Assembly: GCA_964247055.1 (NCBI GenBank)
Contig: OZ176052.1
Span: 3,472,001-3,536,000 of the forward strand
Length of the DNA stretch: 64,000 nt
Direction of reading: 5' to 3'
Origin: Paragordius varius
Taxonomy: Eukaryota > Animalia > Nematomorpha
Shown: positions 1-11,868 of the stretch, one piece after another
Layout of the letters: every line of letters starts with the position of its first letter
How positions within the stretch are numbered: the first letter of the stretch is position 1
The notes under the pieces: model-generated
The model's database searches: none
The model's input: the letters and a program-made list of their open reading frames with translations, nothing else
Told to the model about the DNA's origin: nothing
Translations under genes and position numbers: made by a program

Positions 1-16
1 GCAAGCTTACCCAGCG

Positions 17-1458
17 CAGAAGCGTACTGAGGGGGGGCAAGGGGGTGCATCATGCCCCGGGTGCCATTATTTAGGCGCGCCTAAATGATTTTTATTTAAA
101 TTTAAAATATGCAAAAATAATAACCTTCAAGTAAGCAGCAATTTACGTAATAATCTTCAAAATAATATAAAAATTATATAAATGAGATTAAGAGCAAATA
201 TCATGTAAAGAACAACTTTCATGTAGATATTTCCTGCAACAGATGCATTATTTTTTCGCTTAAAAAACGTTTCTTTATCACGCATATATTGTTGATTCAT
301 GTATTGCCTTTAATTAAATTATTTTAACTTCTCTCTCTCTGTTCAAAACCTTATCTCTTGTCCCTATAATATTGCATTTTTATTTTAATCATATTCAATT
401 TCAAACAATTTTATTTATTTAAATCCTCAAGATCATTCCATTTCTAACAAGGAAGGTTTTTATTAATAATATGGCCTTGTATTCTTTATAATGACTTTCA
501 TTTTCATCAGCTATCAATGCCTGAACTCAGCGGTTACGCAAATAGCAAACGAAAAGGAAGAGAATAAAACAAATAAAATGCGAATGAGTATGAAATCTTC
601 TTTAACGAAAATATCTGACTATCACTATAACATTGAAAAATAGTATGCGACACAAACATGGTACTCCTTAATAATAATAACATTTATACACCTGAAACCC
701 TATTTATTGAAAATAGAGATGAGAAAACTACAAATATACCATTAGTAATTCCAAGCGCTTTACCTATAGAGTTTAATGATGTCGCCTTTTTAAAATTTAT
801 TAATAATATGTTCCCGTAATATTTAATTTACTTCGCACTGAAATGATTCGTGAATCTCAACGATTTCAAACTAAATGCAATCTCTTTGAAACAAAAAATC
901 ATCGTTCAATGCCCCATTCTTGGTTTTTTCGACGTGTGGTTAAAAAAGAAGGATTAGAAGTTGAGAGGTCTTTGCTTATATATTCACCAAAGAACAAATC
1001 TGCGTATTGTTTTTGTTGCCTACTTTTTGATTGATCAAATTCTTTACCATCATCTTTTATAACTATGCATGATTTTAGTAAATGGAGGAAAAAAGATAAA
1101 TTAATCCATCATGAAAATAGCCTCAATCATCATAAAGCATTTAGTACTTGGAAAGAGGGAGAAAGAAGATTGAATAAATAAAACAGGGATTGATGGTGCT
1201 CTAGAAGCTCATATACAATCGGAAAAGAATGGATGGCGAAATATTTTACATCGAATATTGGGCTGCATGAAATTTTTAATCAACCAAAATCTCCCTTTTC
1301 GAGGATATGTTGAAAGTTTAATATACTTATCTATGGTGTTTAGGTTGCAACGTTTGTATTTTTTACTAAATTGTTTTATTAACTTTCAAAAAGAGTACGA
1401 AGGGGATCGCCATAAGAGTTTTATGCCCCGGGCGCCACAAATGCCCAGTATGCCACTG
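17..1458 (+). mobile_element. Non-autonomous hAT DNA transposon (family A, CAG(T/G)GGCGTAC termini), deletion derivative with TTF-type zinc-finger transposase remnant
   Basis: Termini cagaagcgtac... and ...gtatgccactg. Perfect 8-bp TSD acccagcg at 9-16 and 1459-1466. Empty site acccagct at 13220-13227 in the duplicated unit. ORF 843-1034 (LIYSPKNKSAYCFCCLLF) resembles the TTF zinc finger of ZMYM1-like hAT transposases. Confidence 0.9.
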
Positions 1459-2541
1459 ACCCAGCGGCCTATTTAATAAAAACTCCGCACTATATTTTCT
1501 CATAGAAAATCATTCATATTGAATGGCGTATTTAGTATAGGTAGGGTGGAGCCATACCCAGCGGCTAATTTTAAAAAATGCTTTTCGCTTGGAAAGTAGG
1601 TAAAACCATTGTGGAATGCATATAGCCTCAAAACTTGGGAAAGTCACATGTTTCTGCATAGTCGTGTTTATTATAGAGGATGTGACCCTATCCACGAATA
1701 ATAATTTCTGTTTAAACGGAAAATACATAAAATTAATTTTTATATTAAATAGTTTTCATATTTTGGACGAAAATTAGCTTTTCTGCGGTTTATTTTGCAG
1801 AGGGTCAAGCCCGACTCTACGGCTAATTTGAGGCTGAGCTAAATGTTTGCTTTTATATTGTAAATGCATAATACAACTATTTATTTTTAATAGTCTTATA
1901 ACTATGCTGAATAAATATTTTTGAAGAACTTGGTTTTTTTGCAATAAATGTATGGGTGGGTCATAAAGATAAGGGGATCATAAAGGGCCGACAATGATCG
2001 GCTTGTTATTTTTTCTAAGAGTGGTTTTCCTTGTTTCGACATTTATGTTTCAAACCTGCACATTAGAAAATTGTCCCATAGCCAACTTTTTAAATTTTTA
2101 TAATATTATAAAATCTAAAAATATGAACTATCTTTGCATGTTAAATTTAGTCTTATTTTAAGTATGATATGTAAAAACCTAAATTCACGCCAAAAATTTT
2201 GGTAAAAATCAAAAGCTTTGATATTTATCGTTTGTAATTCTTATCAATACATTTATCTTTTTTAATAATAAATTTTGGGTTAAATTACCTGGATTTTTTA
2301 AAGAGATAAAATAATATTTGGCAGCAAAAGGTTTGAGTTAGGTTTTGTTAAACAAAAGTATGAATATTAATACATGGCTAAATATTAATGTTAGATTTGT
2401 GTCGTTTAACGTTAACCTACAATTTTGCTGATATGCGATCGTGATTTATCATAATAACACAGTGCAATAAAAATATCGTAAAAAAATATATAAATTCTGC
2501 TAAGTGGCAATTTTTCAAAAATGTTTTTTCAGTAATAATCT

Positions 2542-4879
2542 AAGTGGTACTCAAACCGCGGCCCTAAGAGCGCTTTAAAATTGCCCTATGACCATATTCA
2601 TATTTTAACTATTTTTTTATTGATAAATTTTTTATATACTATAAACAAATTTTCGCTTAGTTTAATATTAATTTAGTTTCTTTAGATTAATTTTGGTAAT
2701 TTTTATTTTTTACCCAATTAGAAATGTAAAAAAGTTTTCCTACATTATAAGGATTTGTTTCTGTATTCTAGTTTGAAATTTTTATTGCATTCCTTTTTTG
2801 TATTTAAGCAAGCCTTTCACCCAAACTTGCATAACATATTCTTTTCATTGCTATCCTGCATCATTTTTTATAATTCATCCCCATAAAATATTTTTCAAAT
2901 CAACATCATCAAATTTCGACCTGTTTTTTTATAGCATAATTCAAATTTTATTCCTATTTTCTTGAAAAAATTTACATATTATTAAAAAAATTCAAAGGAT
3001 GACATCTAATGCTTAAAGCGTAAATTATCCGATAAAAATTGCTCTTTTTAAAAAGCATGGAGGGAAAAATTCTTTGTCCTTTAAATAAAAATGTTGCTAT
3101 CTGCCTTTTATCCTTTCACTGCTTTATTCTTAACCCTTAGCAAATTATTAAATAGATTTATTGTTTTAAGACATGAAATTTTTTTATTTATAAAAGATAA
3201 CAGAAAGTTTGACGAGAAAATTAATAGTGACAAATGGGGTTTTATTAGTTTACCTTTGCAACAGTACTTAAAAACTTAGATTTTAAATACAAATTTTCAA
3301 GGGAGCTAAATAATAACCCAATTTGTTAATAATATATGTTATTGAAGAAAAATTAATATATCTAGATTTTTTAGATAAAACACTCCTATATTTTCCAGCA
3401 TTTAAAACGATTCATGAAAAAAATAAAGGAATTTACCGCGGATATTAATTTAATAATAGACAATCATTTAACATTTTTACTATGAGATGAAATTCAGATT
3501 TCAAGAATTAAAACTCTTTGAAAATCCATGGCATATGGATATATCCAATATTAAGCAACTTGACCATTTCGGATTTGATCAGACGCATATCATTGAAGAA
3601 TTCGTTGATTTTATAAATGATTCCGATTCGGAAGCAATATTCAAGGAGAATTGTAGCGGAGAAAGATATTAGTTTTGTTTGGGTGTGCCAAATAAATATG
3701 AAAATATAAAAAAAGCTCAAGTTATTCTAACTGTTTTTCCCTCAACTTACACGCGTGAGACGGCATATTCAAAAATGAAGTATGCCAAGAATACACACAG
3801 AAATCACTTAACCGATGATCATATGAACGACGTATTAAGAATGGCTTGTCTTGTAGGGTTGTGCCCATTAGTCAATGACCTAGGGTCATGACCTAGGTCA
3901 CGACCACGAAAATAAATGACCTAGGTCAATTTTTTTTATTTTTTCATTTTATTAATTTTACAATTTTTAGGAAAACAAAACCTTATATTACTTATATATG
4001 TATTATTTTGATTTAAATATCATATGATATACATTTTTTTACATACTCATAATGAAATCAGCCTTGTGGAAATTTATCGATAAAAAATCAAGTTGCATGC
4101 AAGAAATGCAATTACACTATATATTTAAATAAAAACCGAATGAAGAAACATCTAAAAGCAGTTTATGAAATAAATTATATGACAGAGGGTGATAGTAAGC
4201 AAGCTAAGTATTTAACTTCTTAAGTTTAGACTTTTTTCTGTTTTTAAGAAGAAATTAGCCAGTTTAGCAAAATTTATTTCTACATCCTCAACTCTTAAAA
4301 TAGTTGAAAATAAACATTTTCGGATTTCATTCATAGTTTAAAATAATTAGAGCATAAATAGGTTTCAATAAATTCCAAATTCTTAGTCTTATCTTTCTGT
4401 GATTTAAAACTTTCTATAGTCTTTATATATGATTCCAGGAAAGATCGTTAATTTTAGAAATTTTATCAGTATTGGTGAGTGTATACTTTAAAAAAATATA
4501 TACTTTATGTAAAAACTCTTTTTATGTAATTTAATCAAGTATTTATGTATGTAGTTAACATATGGTATGACCTAGGTCTGACCCCCTTTTTCAAAAAATC
4601 AAAATCACAACCCTAGTCTTGTGACGAAACCAAATTTGTCAAAAATTATTGTTAATATCAAAATAAATGTTGTTATCAAATTTTTTTAAACTAAATGGTG
4701 CAAAACGAGTTTTTAGCTGGATTTACATGCGATCCGCAAAAAATTCATGGTGATGATTTAGGGTATAATTATGTGCATAGATGTCAAATAGCTATGGAAT
4801 ATTTACCATTATATGGTTCATGGCCCTCGAAAAAAATAATATATTTTGGCCCGTCAAATCTTTTTGGTGAGTGCCACTG
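2542..4879 (+). mobile_element. Degraded Buster/Charlie-type hAT element with C-terminal transposase remnant
   Basis: Ends aagtggtactcaaacc / ggtgagtgccactg. Absent from the paralogous site near 16065 (ataatctagc). Fragments 3487-3891 (VFPSTYTRETAYSKMKYAKNTHRNHLTDDHMNDVLRMA) match the hAT C-terminal dimerisation region. TSD only partly preserved (atcta). Confidence 0.8.
3854..4615. mobile_element. Nested TIR element (TAGGGTTGTG...CACAACCCTA) with 6-bp TSD
   Basis: Perfect 10-bp TIR. gtcttg duplicated at 3848-3853 and 4616-4621. Subterminal repeats of (A)TGACCTAGGTC at both ends. Interrupts the hAT transposase remnant. Confidence 0.8.
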
Positions 4880-5346
4880 ATCTAGCTTATAATTTACCCT
4901 ATTTTTGTAAGAAAACTGGCCCTAGAGTGGATTCAAGGAGCAATTAGAATCTATTTTTTAATGACTTGTTAGGAATGAACCCAAGGTACCATAAGAATTT
5001 TTATAAAATCTATTAGGATATTAATATTTCACCAGTATATTTTTTATATTCCCGATTTTGTGCACTGTATAGTAGTATAAAACACAGCTTACAATATTAT
5101 ATGAATGCATTTTATTGGGAATAAAATGAAATGGAATCATAAGTATTGAATACACAAATATATTTTTGTATCATATGGAATGATATTATATCATTGGATT
5201 AATAGACTGATATTAATCTTAGTTAAAATTTTAAGTCTTAATAATGAATGCCTCTCCAGGATTTTACTTCTTATTAATAATATAAAGATTTGGCACTTTG
5301 CGTATATGGCAAAAACCGTATATAATTTTTCTTTTTATAAATAATA

Positions 5347-6945
5347 TCATCTTCTGCATTTGCAACACGATTTATAGGTCGCTAAAAATTGGTTTCTATA
5401 CGTTTTATCTAACATAATATTAAAGTAAAATGTGAAAGATATATAGCAGTATTCGATCATGATGCAAAGAGCAAATGTTAAGTCAGTTTCATAGTCGTTC
5501 ATATTATCTTTGGTGTTTCGATGTATCATAAAAATTGACACGGGAAAGAGGAATACGACAACCTCAATACCAATCACCATAATTAATCTTTTATCCTTAA
5601 CCCGTTTATATAATGATTTCGTTCGCCTTTCTCTAGATGACGGACGCTTTGTGTTAGTTTGGTTATTGTTATTGAAATTTTGAGTCAAGGTTGAAATCGG
5701 ACCACATTGCGATGCGTAATCATCAGTCATATCACTGTTGGTATTTTTCTTATAATGGTTTTCATTAGGCATGGGTTGGCTAATTATACAGTTTTGATAT
5801 TTGTTGGATTTAAGCTTATGGAAATTGTGAAACTGGGATTTTGATTCATTGTTTGACTGATTAAATTGTCGTATTTTTGGAATAATATTAGGCATGGATC
5901 CAAAGTTAGTTATAGTAGCCTCATCAGCTATGTAAGAAGTATTAACAACTCCTTGTGAAATTACGTTAAAGTTATTATTCGTGTGGTTTCTTTCACTATT
6001 GACAGCTGGTTTCTGTGACTTATTTGCTTGTCTCCATCCACTCACTCTAGCTAAGTGTTTATGCATCCAACATTTAGCAACCAAAATCCCAAATACCGGT
6101 ATAAAGTTGGTGAATATTTCACGCAATATTTCATAGGCCATCCAATATGCTCGGGTCCGGTCATCCGTCGTAAAACTCCTGAAACTAATGTAATAGATGT
6201 CCCGACCATTGAATAAACACACATTTGGTATTATGTGGGGATAAAACCAAAGGGTGGTAGGTAAATTCCAAACCAGTGAATACAAAAACAAACAAAAGAT
6301 ATACCAAATTATCTTACGACGCATAAAAAGTCGGTTGTGCCTAAAGGGATGCACGACCGCTATAAACTGTGAAATGGCAAACAATACGTAAACTAATACG
6401 GACAATGTAATGAAGGTCTGTGCCAATGGGAAATGATACACCGACAGATATATCGTCCAGGGGCGATCAGACCAAAACATGGCTCCAAACATTTCACTAA
6501 AATGATCTAGGAATGGATAGAAAAACATGATAGCACAATTAATCATATTAATAAGGTAAAGCGATCGGGTAAAAATAACGCGGGGATATGGTATTTCCCG
6601 GTATGACATTAAAAGTCCCATACTATTTCCAAACAGACCTGTGATCAACACTAGAGGCGCAAATACGGTTAACAACAAATTTCCAATCCTAACATATGGG
6701 TTATGAGGTGGCCACAAATTACATGTTCCCAGACTGGATGTCTTCTCATCCCAATAATATCCCAATTGAGTAACATAATTATTATAATCCATTGAATCAT
6801 TAGCAGTTGTTAGATTATATTTCATTTTAAAAGTGTTTGATAAGAATGTCATGAAAATTGATTTACGCTGCTGGAGATTGAAAGGGAAATAAAATGGGCT
6901 TACTACCTCAAAAATATTGCTATTATAATAGTTGTTGTTTGTCAT
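5347..6945 (-). CDS. Intronless class A (rhodopsin-like) GPCR, peptide-receptor-like orphan, paralog 1 (532 aa ORF)
   Basis: Seven hydrophobic segments. TM1 GLFGN, TM3 end SQFIAVVHPF, TM4 WNLP, TM5 FIP, long Asn-rich ICL3, TM6 FLFP, helix-8 TYRNQF, C-terminal Cys cluster. N-glycosylation sequon NLT near the N-terminus. The true start may be the downstream Met of MKYNLT. Confidence 0.92.
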   Translation of the reverse strand: MTNNNYYNSNIFEVVSPFYFPFNLQQRKSIFMTFLSNTFKMKYNLTTANDSMDYNNYVTQLGYYWDEKTSSLGTCNLWPPHNPYVRIGNLLLTVFAPLVLITGLFGNSMGLLMSYREIPYPRVIFTRSLYLINMINCAIMFFYPFLDHFSEMFGAMFWSDRPWTIYLSVYHFPLAQTFITLSVLVYVLFAISQFIAVVHPFRHNRLFMRRKIIWYIFCLFLYSLVWNLPTTLWFYPHIIPNVCLFNGRDIYYISFRSFTTDDRTRAYWMAYEILREIFTNFIPVFGILVAKCWMHKHLARVSGWRQANKSQKPAVNSERNHTNNNFNVISQGVVNTSYIADEATITNFGSMPNIIPKIRQFNQSNNESKSQFHNFHKLKSNKYQNCIISQPMPNENHYKKNTNSDMTDDYASQCGPISTLTQNFNNNNQTNTKRPSSRERRTKSLYKRVKDKRLIMVIGIEVVVFLFPVSIFMIHRNTKDNMNDYETDLTFALCIMIEYCYISFTFYFNIMLDKTYRNQFLATYKSCCKCRR

Positions 6946-7537
6946 GGGTTAATTGTTATTTTTATCTAATGCCTCCCATTGTTTTTTAATTATTTATGAT
7001 GTGTTTAGACATGAGTAAGCGATATAATATAAATATTAAAATTAAAGGCAAATTTCAATTAAATGTATTTATTACATTCATTTAGACTTTATTTTATCAA
7101 AAATTTACCTTTTTTTCGTTAAATGGGTATAAATATTTGGTAAAGAATAGAAAAACAAGAGCTCTATGGTAATAACCATATCATATTCATTAAAAGAGTA
7201 AAAGAAGTGTGGGGGAAGGGCGTCGGAAATCTTTGGTAAAAAATAAAAATACAATAACAACTAACCCTTCACTAAAAATTATTGTATAAAAGGAGTGGAA
7301 AATCGTAATTTTTATCTCAATTATATTTTTTTTGTTTTGATATGGGAACGATTTTAAAAAAGATATTCACGATAGATGCTATAATAAATAATGAATTTGA
7401 TCCAATTTCGTTAGGATGTAACCCTGGTATTGGGGGTATTTTTTTCCTTCGTAATGTTAGATTCAGAATATGTTGACGCTGGTATAAGACAGACACAAAC
7501 TATTGTGCCTGGCAACGATGTTTTTTTTCATTTAGAC

Positions 7538-10500
7538 CAGGGGTGTCCAACACAAATGGCTTGAAAAGCCACCTTTTCGACCTCAAAATTCCAAAGAGCC
7601 ACTTTTTATTTATATATATCAAAACATTGGTAACAAATAATTTATTATAATAACATATAGATCTGTTAATTTTCATATCAGAAAAATAAACAGTATAAAT
7701 ATAATAATGCTTTGCTAATTAAATTATATCAATGTGTAAAAAAAGATAAAAATACATGGATATGGTAAACTTATTGCAATTTGATAGTATGACTAGAGTA
7801 GACTGTGGCGAATTTAATGCCAAAATGTAACCTTATTTATTCAGACAGCGAGTTTATCATGAGGTGCGTACATGAAATTATAAAATGTGTTTTAAGTATT
7901 TGGCGCGATACAAGATCACGATGAATAAAGCAATGGACCTGACTTAAGAGAAAGTACATAAAAGCACATATATTAGCATCCTCAATTGGTAGTCTCTACA
8001 AAAGAAATGTTACCTTCTTAAAGGGAGATGATAATTATGCAATTTAAAATGTATTGAGTTAAATATGAGCGTGTCTTGTTTGATAACGATTGGTGCCCAT
8101 CCACGATGGGAAAAAACAAGGGTAAGATGGAAACCGATGCCATAAATATGATCAAATATATAAAATGCATTGACACAGTAAAAATCTCTGTGCACATGAT
8201 TGTTGTCGAGGAAAATGTCTAATAAAGTTTTTTTTATCTAATAAAAATAAAAGAAATAAATATTTTTCATTGCATAATTAAATTTTTAATGGGATATTTG
8301 TTTTGTAATTTTTTTGAATGGATCTATATCAATATTTGATGCAGCACATCTCAATTCATTCTCCAAGTTTTCATCAGTTAATAAAGAACGTGAAAGAGAT
8401 TTTGTGTTTATTTTAGAAAAAAAAACTTTCACGATAAGTAAACCCAAAAGCACAAATTAATCTTTGTGCAAAAATTCCTAGATTAGGAAATTTATAAAAC
8501 GATATATATTTTTAAAATTCAATTTAATTTGTTTGCCCAAATAATAATTTTAATTCATTATTGGATTGCAAATCTAGTAATTCCATTTGTAAATTATTAG
8601 GAGCCTTGATAGCTTCAGCGTAGAATGGACAACAAATAAATTAAATATTTTTTCATATTTTGTCATATCCCCGTATCGATTATTAAAAGCTTTTGATAAT
8701 ATGTTAATTTGATCTGCATATTTTGAAAAATCGTTAGTTTTACCAGCCTTAGATCTATTTAATTCTGGAAAATGTTCAGCATTATTTTTTTAAAATGGCA
8801 ATCAAATAACGTCAATTTTTTACAAAACGCTTTAATATGGTTATTCGCATTAACAATTAAATTATCTTGCTTTTGCAAGGATTCATTTAATTGATTTGGT
8901 ATTTCGGTAATATCTACGGAAAAGCATAAATCTGACAACCAAACTTCATTGGTTAATTCATCTACCAAATAATTATTCTGCAATGGAAAAATATTTATTT
9001 CTTTTAATAAATAATAAAACCTTTTTAAACATTTCCCTCGACTAAGCCACCTTACATTTGAAAGAAAATATAATATCTCCATATTCTGAATGAATTTCTT
9101 CTAATAACTCCTTAAACTGCCTATGCTTAAAAGCATGAGATTTTATAAAATTAACTACTTTAATAACAACGGACATAACATTGTCCATTGTCAGAGCATG
9201 TGCGCAAAGATTTTCATGGTGAATCATGCCATGCATTATATATATGGTAAATATTAATACCATCGGATTCCATTTTATTTAAACGGTTCCCTTGTTTTTT
9301 CCCATCATAGGTGGGGCGCCATCTGTTGTCAAACAAGATAGCGCCCTCATATTTAATTTATTGTCCTCAATACTTGAAATTGCATGAAACATATCATATC
9401 CCTTAGTTGTATTTTTCATCGGAAGTAAGCCTAACATATCTTCTGTTATATTAAACTCGAATAAAGACTACCAATTGTGATATGTTGCTTATATCTGTGC
9501 TTTCATCAAATGACAAGGAAAACGCCACAAAATTTTGAATTCTTTCTTTTAGGAAAAGTTGAATTTTTTCTGCGATGTCTGTAATTCGTCGACACATAGT
9601 ATTGCGCGAAAAAATACTGGATATTAATTCAACTTCATTAGGCAAAACACATTTTTTAATTTGCAGTACGCATTCCTTTACAAACTCACCATCAGAATAA
9701 GGCTTCATTTTTTGGCGAGTAAATTGGCAACAATATAACTTGCCTTTACTATCGGATAAGGTTGCGTGAATGAAATTGGTTGGAGATTATTAATATTTTT
9801 TAAAGATACTAATTTTATTATTTTTATTTCTGTAGTCATATTAATAAAATCCAAATGCATGGTATTGGCATGTCTTTTTAAATTATATTCCGAAACCCGT
9901 TTGTCGTAAATTTGCAAATAAGGCACTCCGCTTTGTTGAAAATTTGAGTAAACCCATATTTAATTCCCAGTCAGGATTGTATTTTCTAGTTACTTTTTTA
10001 GATTTATGCATATTGAAAGCTAAATAAATTATTTTAAATACCTATTTTTTTGCAAGTAATTTTCTTTCAATGGACCCAAATTATAATTCCCAATATTGGT
10101 ATGAAAGCTAAATAAATTATTTTGAATACCTATTTTTTGCAAGTAATTTAATTTTTCAATGGACCTTAATTATAATTCCCAGTATTGGTATGTAAGTTAA
10201 ATAAATTATTTTAGATACCTATTTTTTGCAAGTATTTCAATGTTTCAATGGACCCAAATTACAATTCCCAGTATCGGAATGAAAGCTAAATAAATTATTT
10301 TAAATACCTATTTTTTGCAAGTAATTTAATGTTTTAATTTGATGTGAAAGTTATCATGAAGTTGGAAATAACAAATAGGAAAAAATGTGTTTTATAAATG
10401 ATTAAATGAATGCGATGATAGATATTTATAATAAAGAATTTTACTAAAAGTTTCTAAAAATAATTTAATGTCAAAATAAAAATGCATAATTTACATATAA

Positions 10501-10608
10501 AATTTTTTTAAAAAAAATTTGAAATTATTTTTTTTTTAAAAAAATTTTTTTTTTCAAAATTTTCAATGAGCCACTAGTTGCTCGCGAGTACCCTGTTGGA
10601 CACCCCTG
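7538..10608 (-). mobile_element. Buster/Charlie/SPIN-type hAT transposon (GTF2IRD2-like transposase pseudogene)
   Basis: Perfect TIR caggggtgtccaac / gttggacacccctg. Perfect 8-bp TSD atttagac (7530-7537, 10609-10616) with central TA. Frameshifted minus-strand ORFs 9705-9926, 9451-9708 (KPYSDGEFVKEC...FSLSFDESTDISNISQLVVFIR), 9042-9263, 8759-9082 (VRWLSRGKCLKRF). Confidence 0.95.
10016..10338. repeat. Tandem array of about 88-bp units (about 3.7 copies) inside the hAT element
   Basis: Unit gaaagctaaataaattattttaaatacctattttttgcaagta...caatggacccaaattataattccca.tattggtat starting at about 10016, 10103, 10192 and 10281. Confidence 0.9.
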
Positions 10609-10812
10609 ATTTAGACTTTAGGTGTTAGGAGATCGACGGAATGAATTGATAGTAGAGACTTGTCCTTGTGTCCTTGATAATTTTTTTTCCTTTATAATGT
10701 TAGATTCAGATTAGGTTGACGAAAATATAAGACCTACACCAAATATTGTGCCTGGCAACGATGGTTTTTTTTCATTTAGACTTTAGATGTTAATGAAATT
10801 GGGAATGAAAAT

Positions 10813-11395
10813 ATGACATATTCATTAAATGGTAGAGGAAAAAGGAAAAGTACCGTTTTTGTTAATTTTAGAATATCATTTTTGGTCAGATGAAAAAAAG
10901 TCTAAGGCCTACAAAATTTTAGGGAATCCTAGAAATCATGAATTATCGTCTCATCATCTTGTAGATGATTCAGACTTGTCTATAAGTTCCATAAATGCTA
11001 TGAGACGAAGCATGGCTCTGGGAATAGACAAAGAGCCATTGAAAAAGGGTAGGAAAACGAAATGCAATGAAGGTCTAGTCAGGCAGGTCAAAACAATCCT
11101 CGATAGTGATTGTGAATTGACTGTCGATGAGATTCTCAATAAATTACCTACAGAATGCAAAACATCCAAAAAAACCTTATATAAAATATTTAAAATATTA
11201 AACTACACGCGCAAAAGATGTATTATGGAATTTCAACAGCGCAATGCCTCGCTGGTTATTCAGAAACGATTTGAGTATGCCTGTCTAATCCATATTCATT
11301 TCCTATGTTTTCCCTTATATATATACACAATTGATTACATTCTTATATTTTATCCGTTATATGTTTGTTTTATTAATTGTGATATCCTTAAATAA
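10813..11395 (+). pseudogene. Tc1/IS630-like transposase, N-terminal DNA-binding (HTH) part only; DDE domain absent
   Basis: KKGRKTKCNEGLVRQVKTILDSDCELTVDEI...SKKTLYKIFKILNYTRKR...QRNASLVIQKRFEY has the GRxxK / LT..E / S..T.....L.YTRKR / RN.....R..Y pattern of IS630-Tc1 transposases. Located between the 170-bp TIRs. Confidence 0.75.
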
Positions 11396-11462
11396 ATAAT
11401 AAATATTTTTTTATACCTATACATAAAAATCTCTATTTAAGTGGTTAATTTGTTTTGTTTAA

Positions 11463-11868
11463 CACTTGGATACAACACATTCATTTTTAAGCTAAAACCG
11501 AAAGGTAAAAATTAAGTCTACCTGACATGTGTGCAATGGTAAAATTGAAAAATAATACAAAATAAATCGCTTTTTCTATTTCTATCAATGTTAGATGTGA
11601 TTTAAATAAAAAATTAGCTTTAATTTTACCCTTAACATTAAATGAAGACGACATTTTGCAAATATTTTGTAAAATAAAAATGGCGTCGAAGTAGTTTGAC
11701 ATGGAACTTTTTTTCCAAAACAAAATTTTATTTAGATATTTTGGCATATTTATATAATTTTTATTAGGATAGAAGCATAAATTTAAATTGGGACCGTTTT
11801 TTTTAGTTTTTTAAAAATTCTAACTCAAATTTAGTCTGGGGTATATTTAGATACCTCACACCTCCGTG
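11463..11868 (-). mobile_element. piggyBac-like TTAA MITE (CACTT termini), internally deleted copy
   Basis: ttaa-cacttggataca...cctccgtg-ttaa. Reverse complement of the family at 19041, 25536, 57685 and 58039. Confidence 0.8.

Noticed and set aside
1510-1728. Short ORF shared with 13275-13490 (MYFPFKQ...)
   Set aside because: Shared only because of the duplication, and the two frames diverge after FPSFE. The DNA conservation is reported as a finding instead.
4695-4880. 61-aa ORF near the GPCR 3' end
   Set aside because: Lies in the subterminal region of the hAT element and has no domain similarity.
10016-10338. Regular repeats superficially like a CRISPR array
   Set aside because: Units are contiguous with no unique spacers, there are no cas genes, and the context is eukaryotic.
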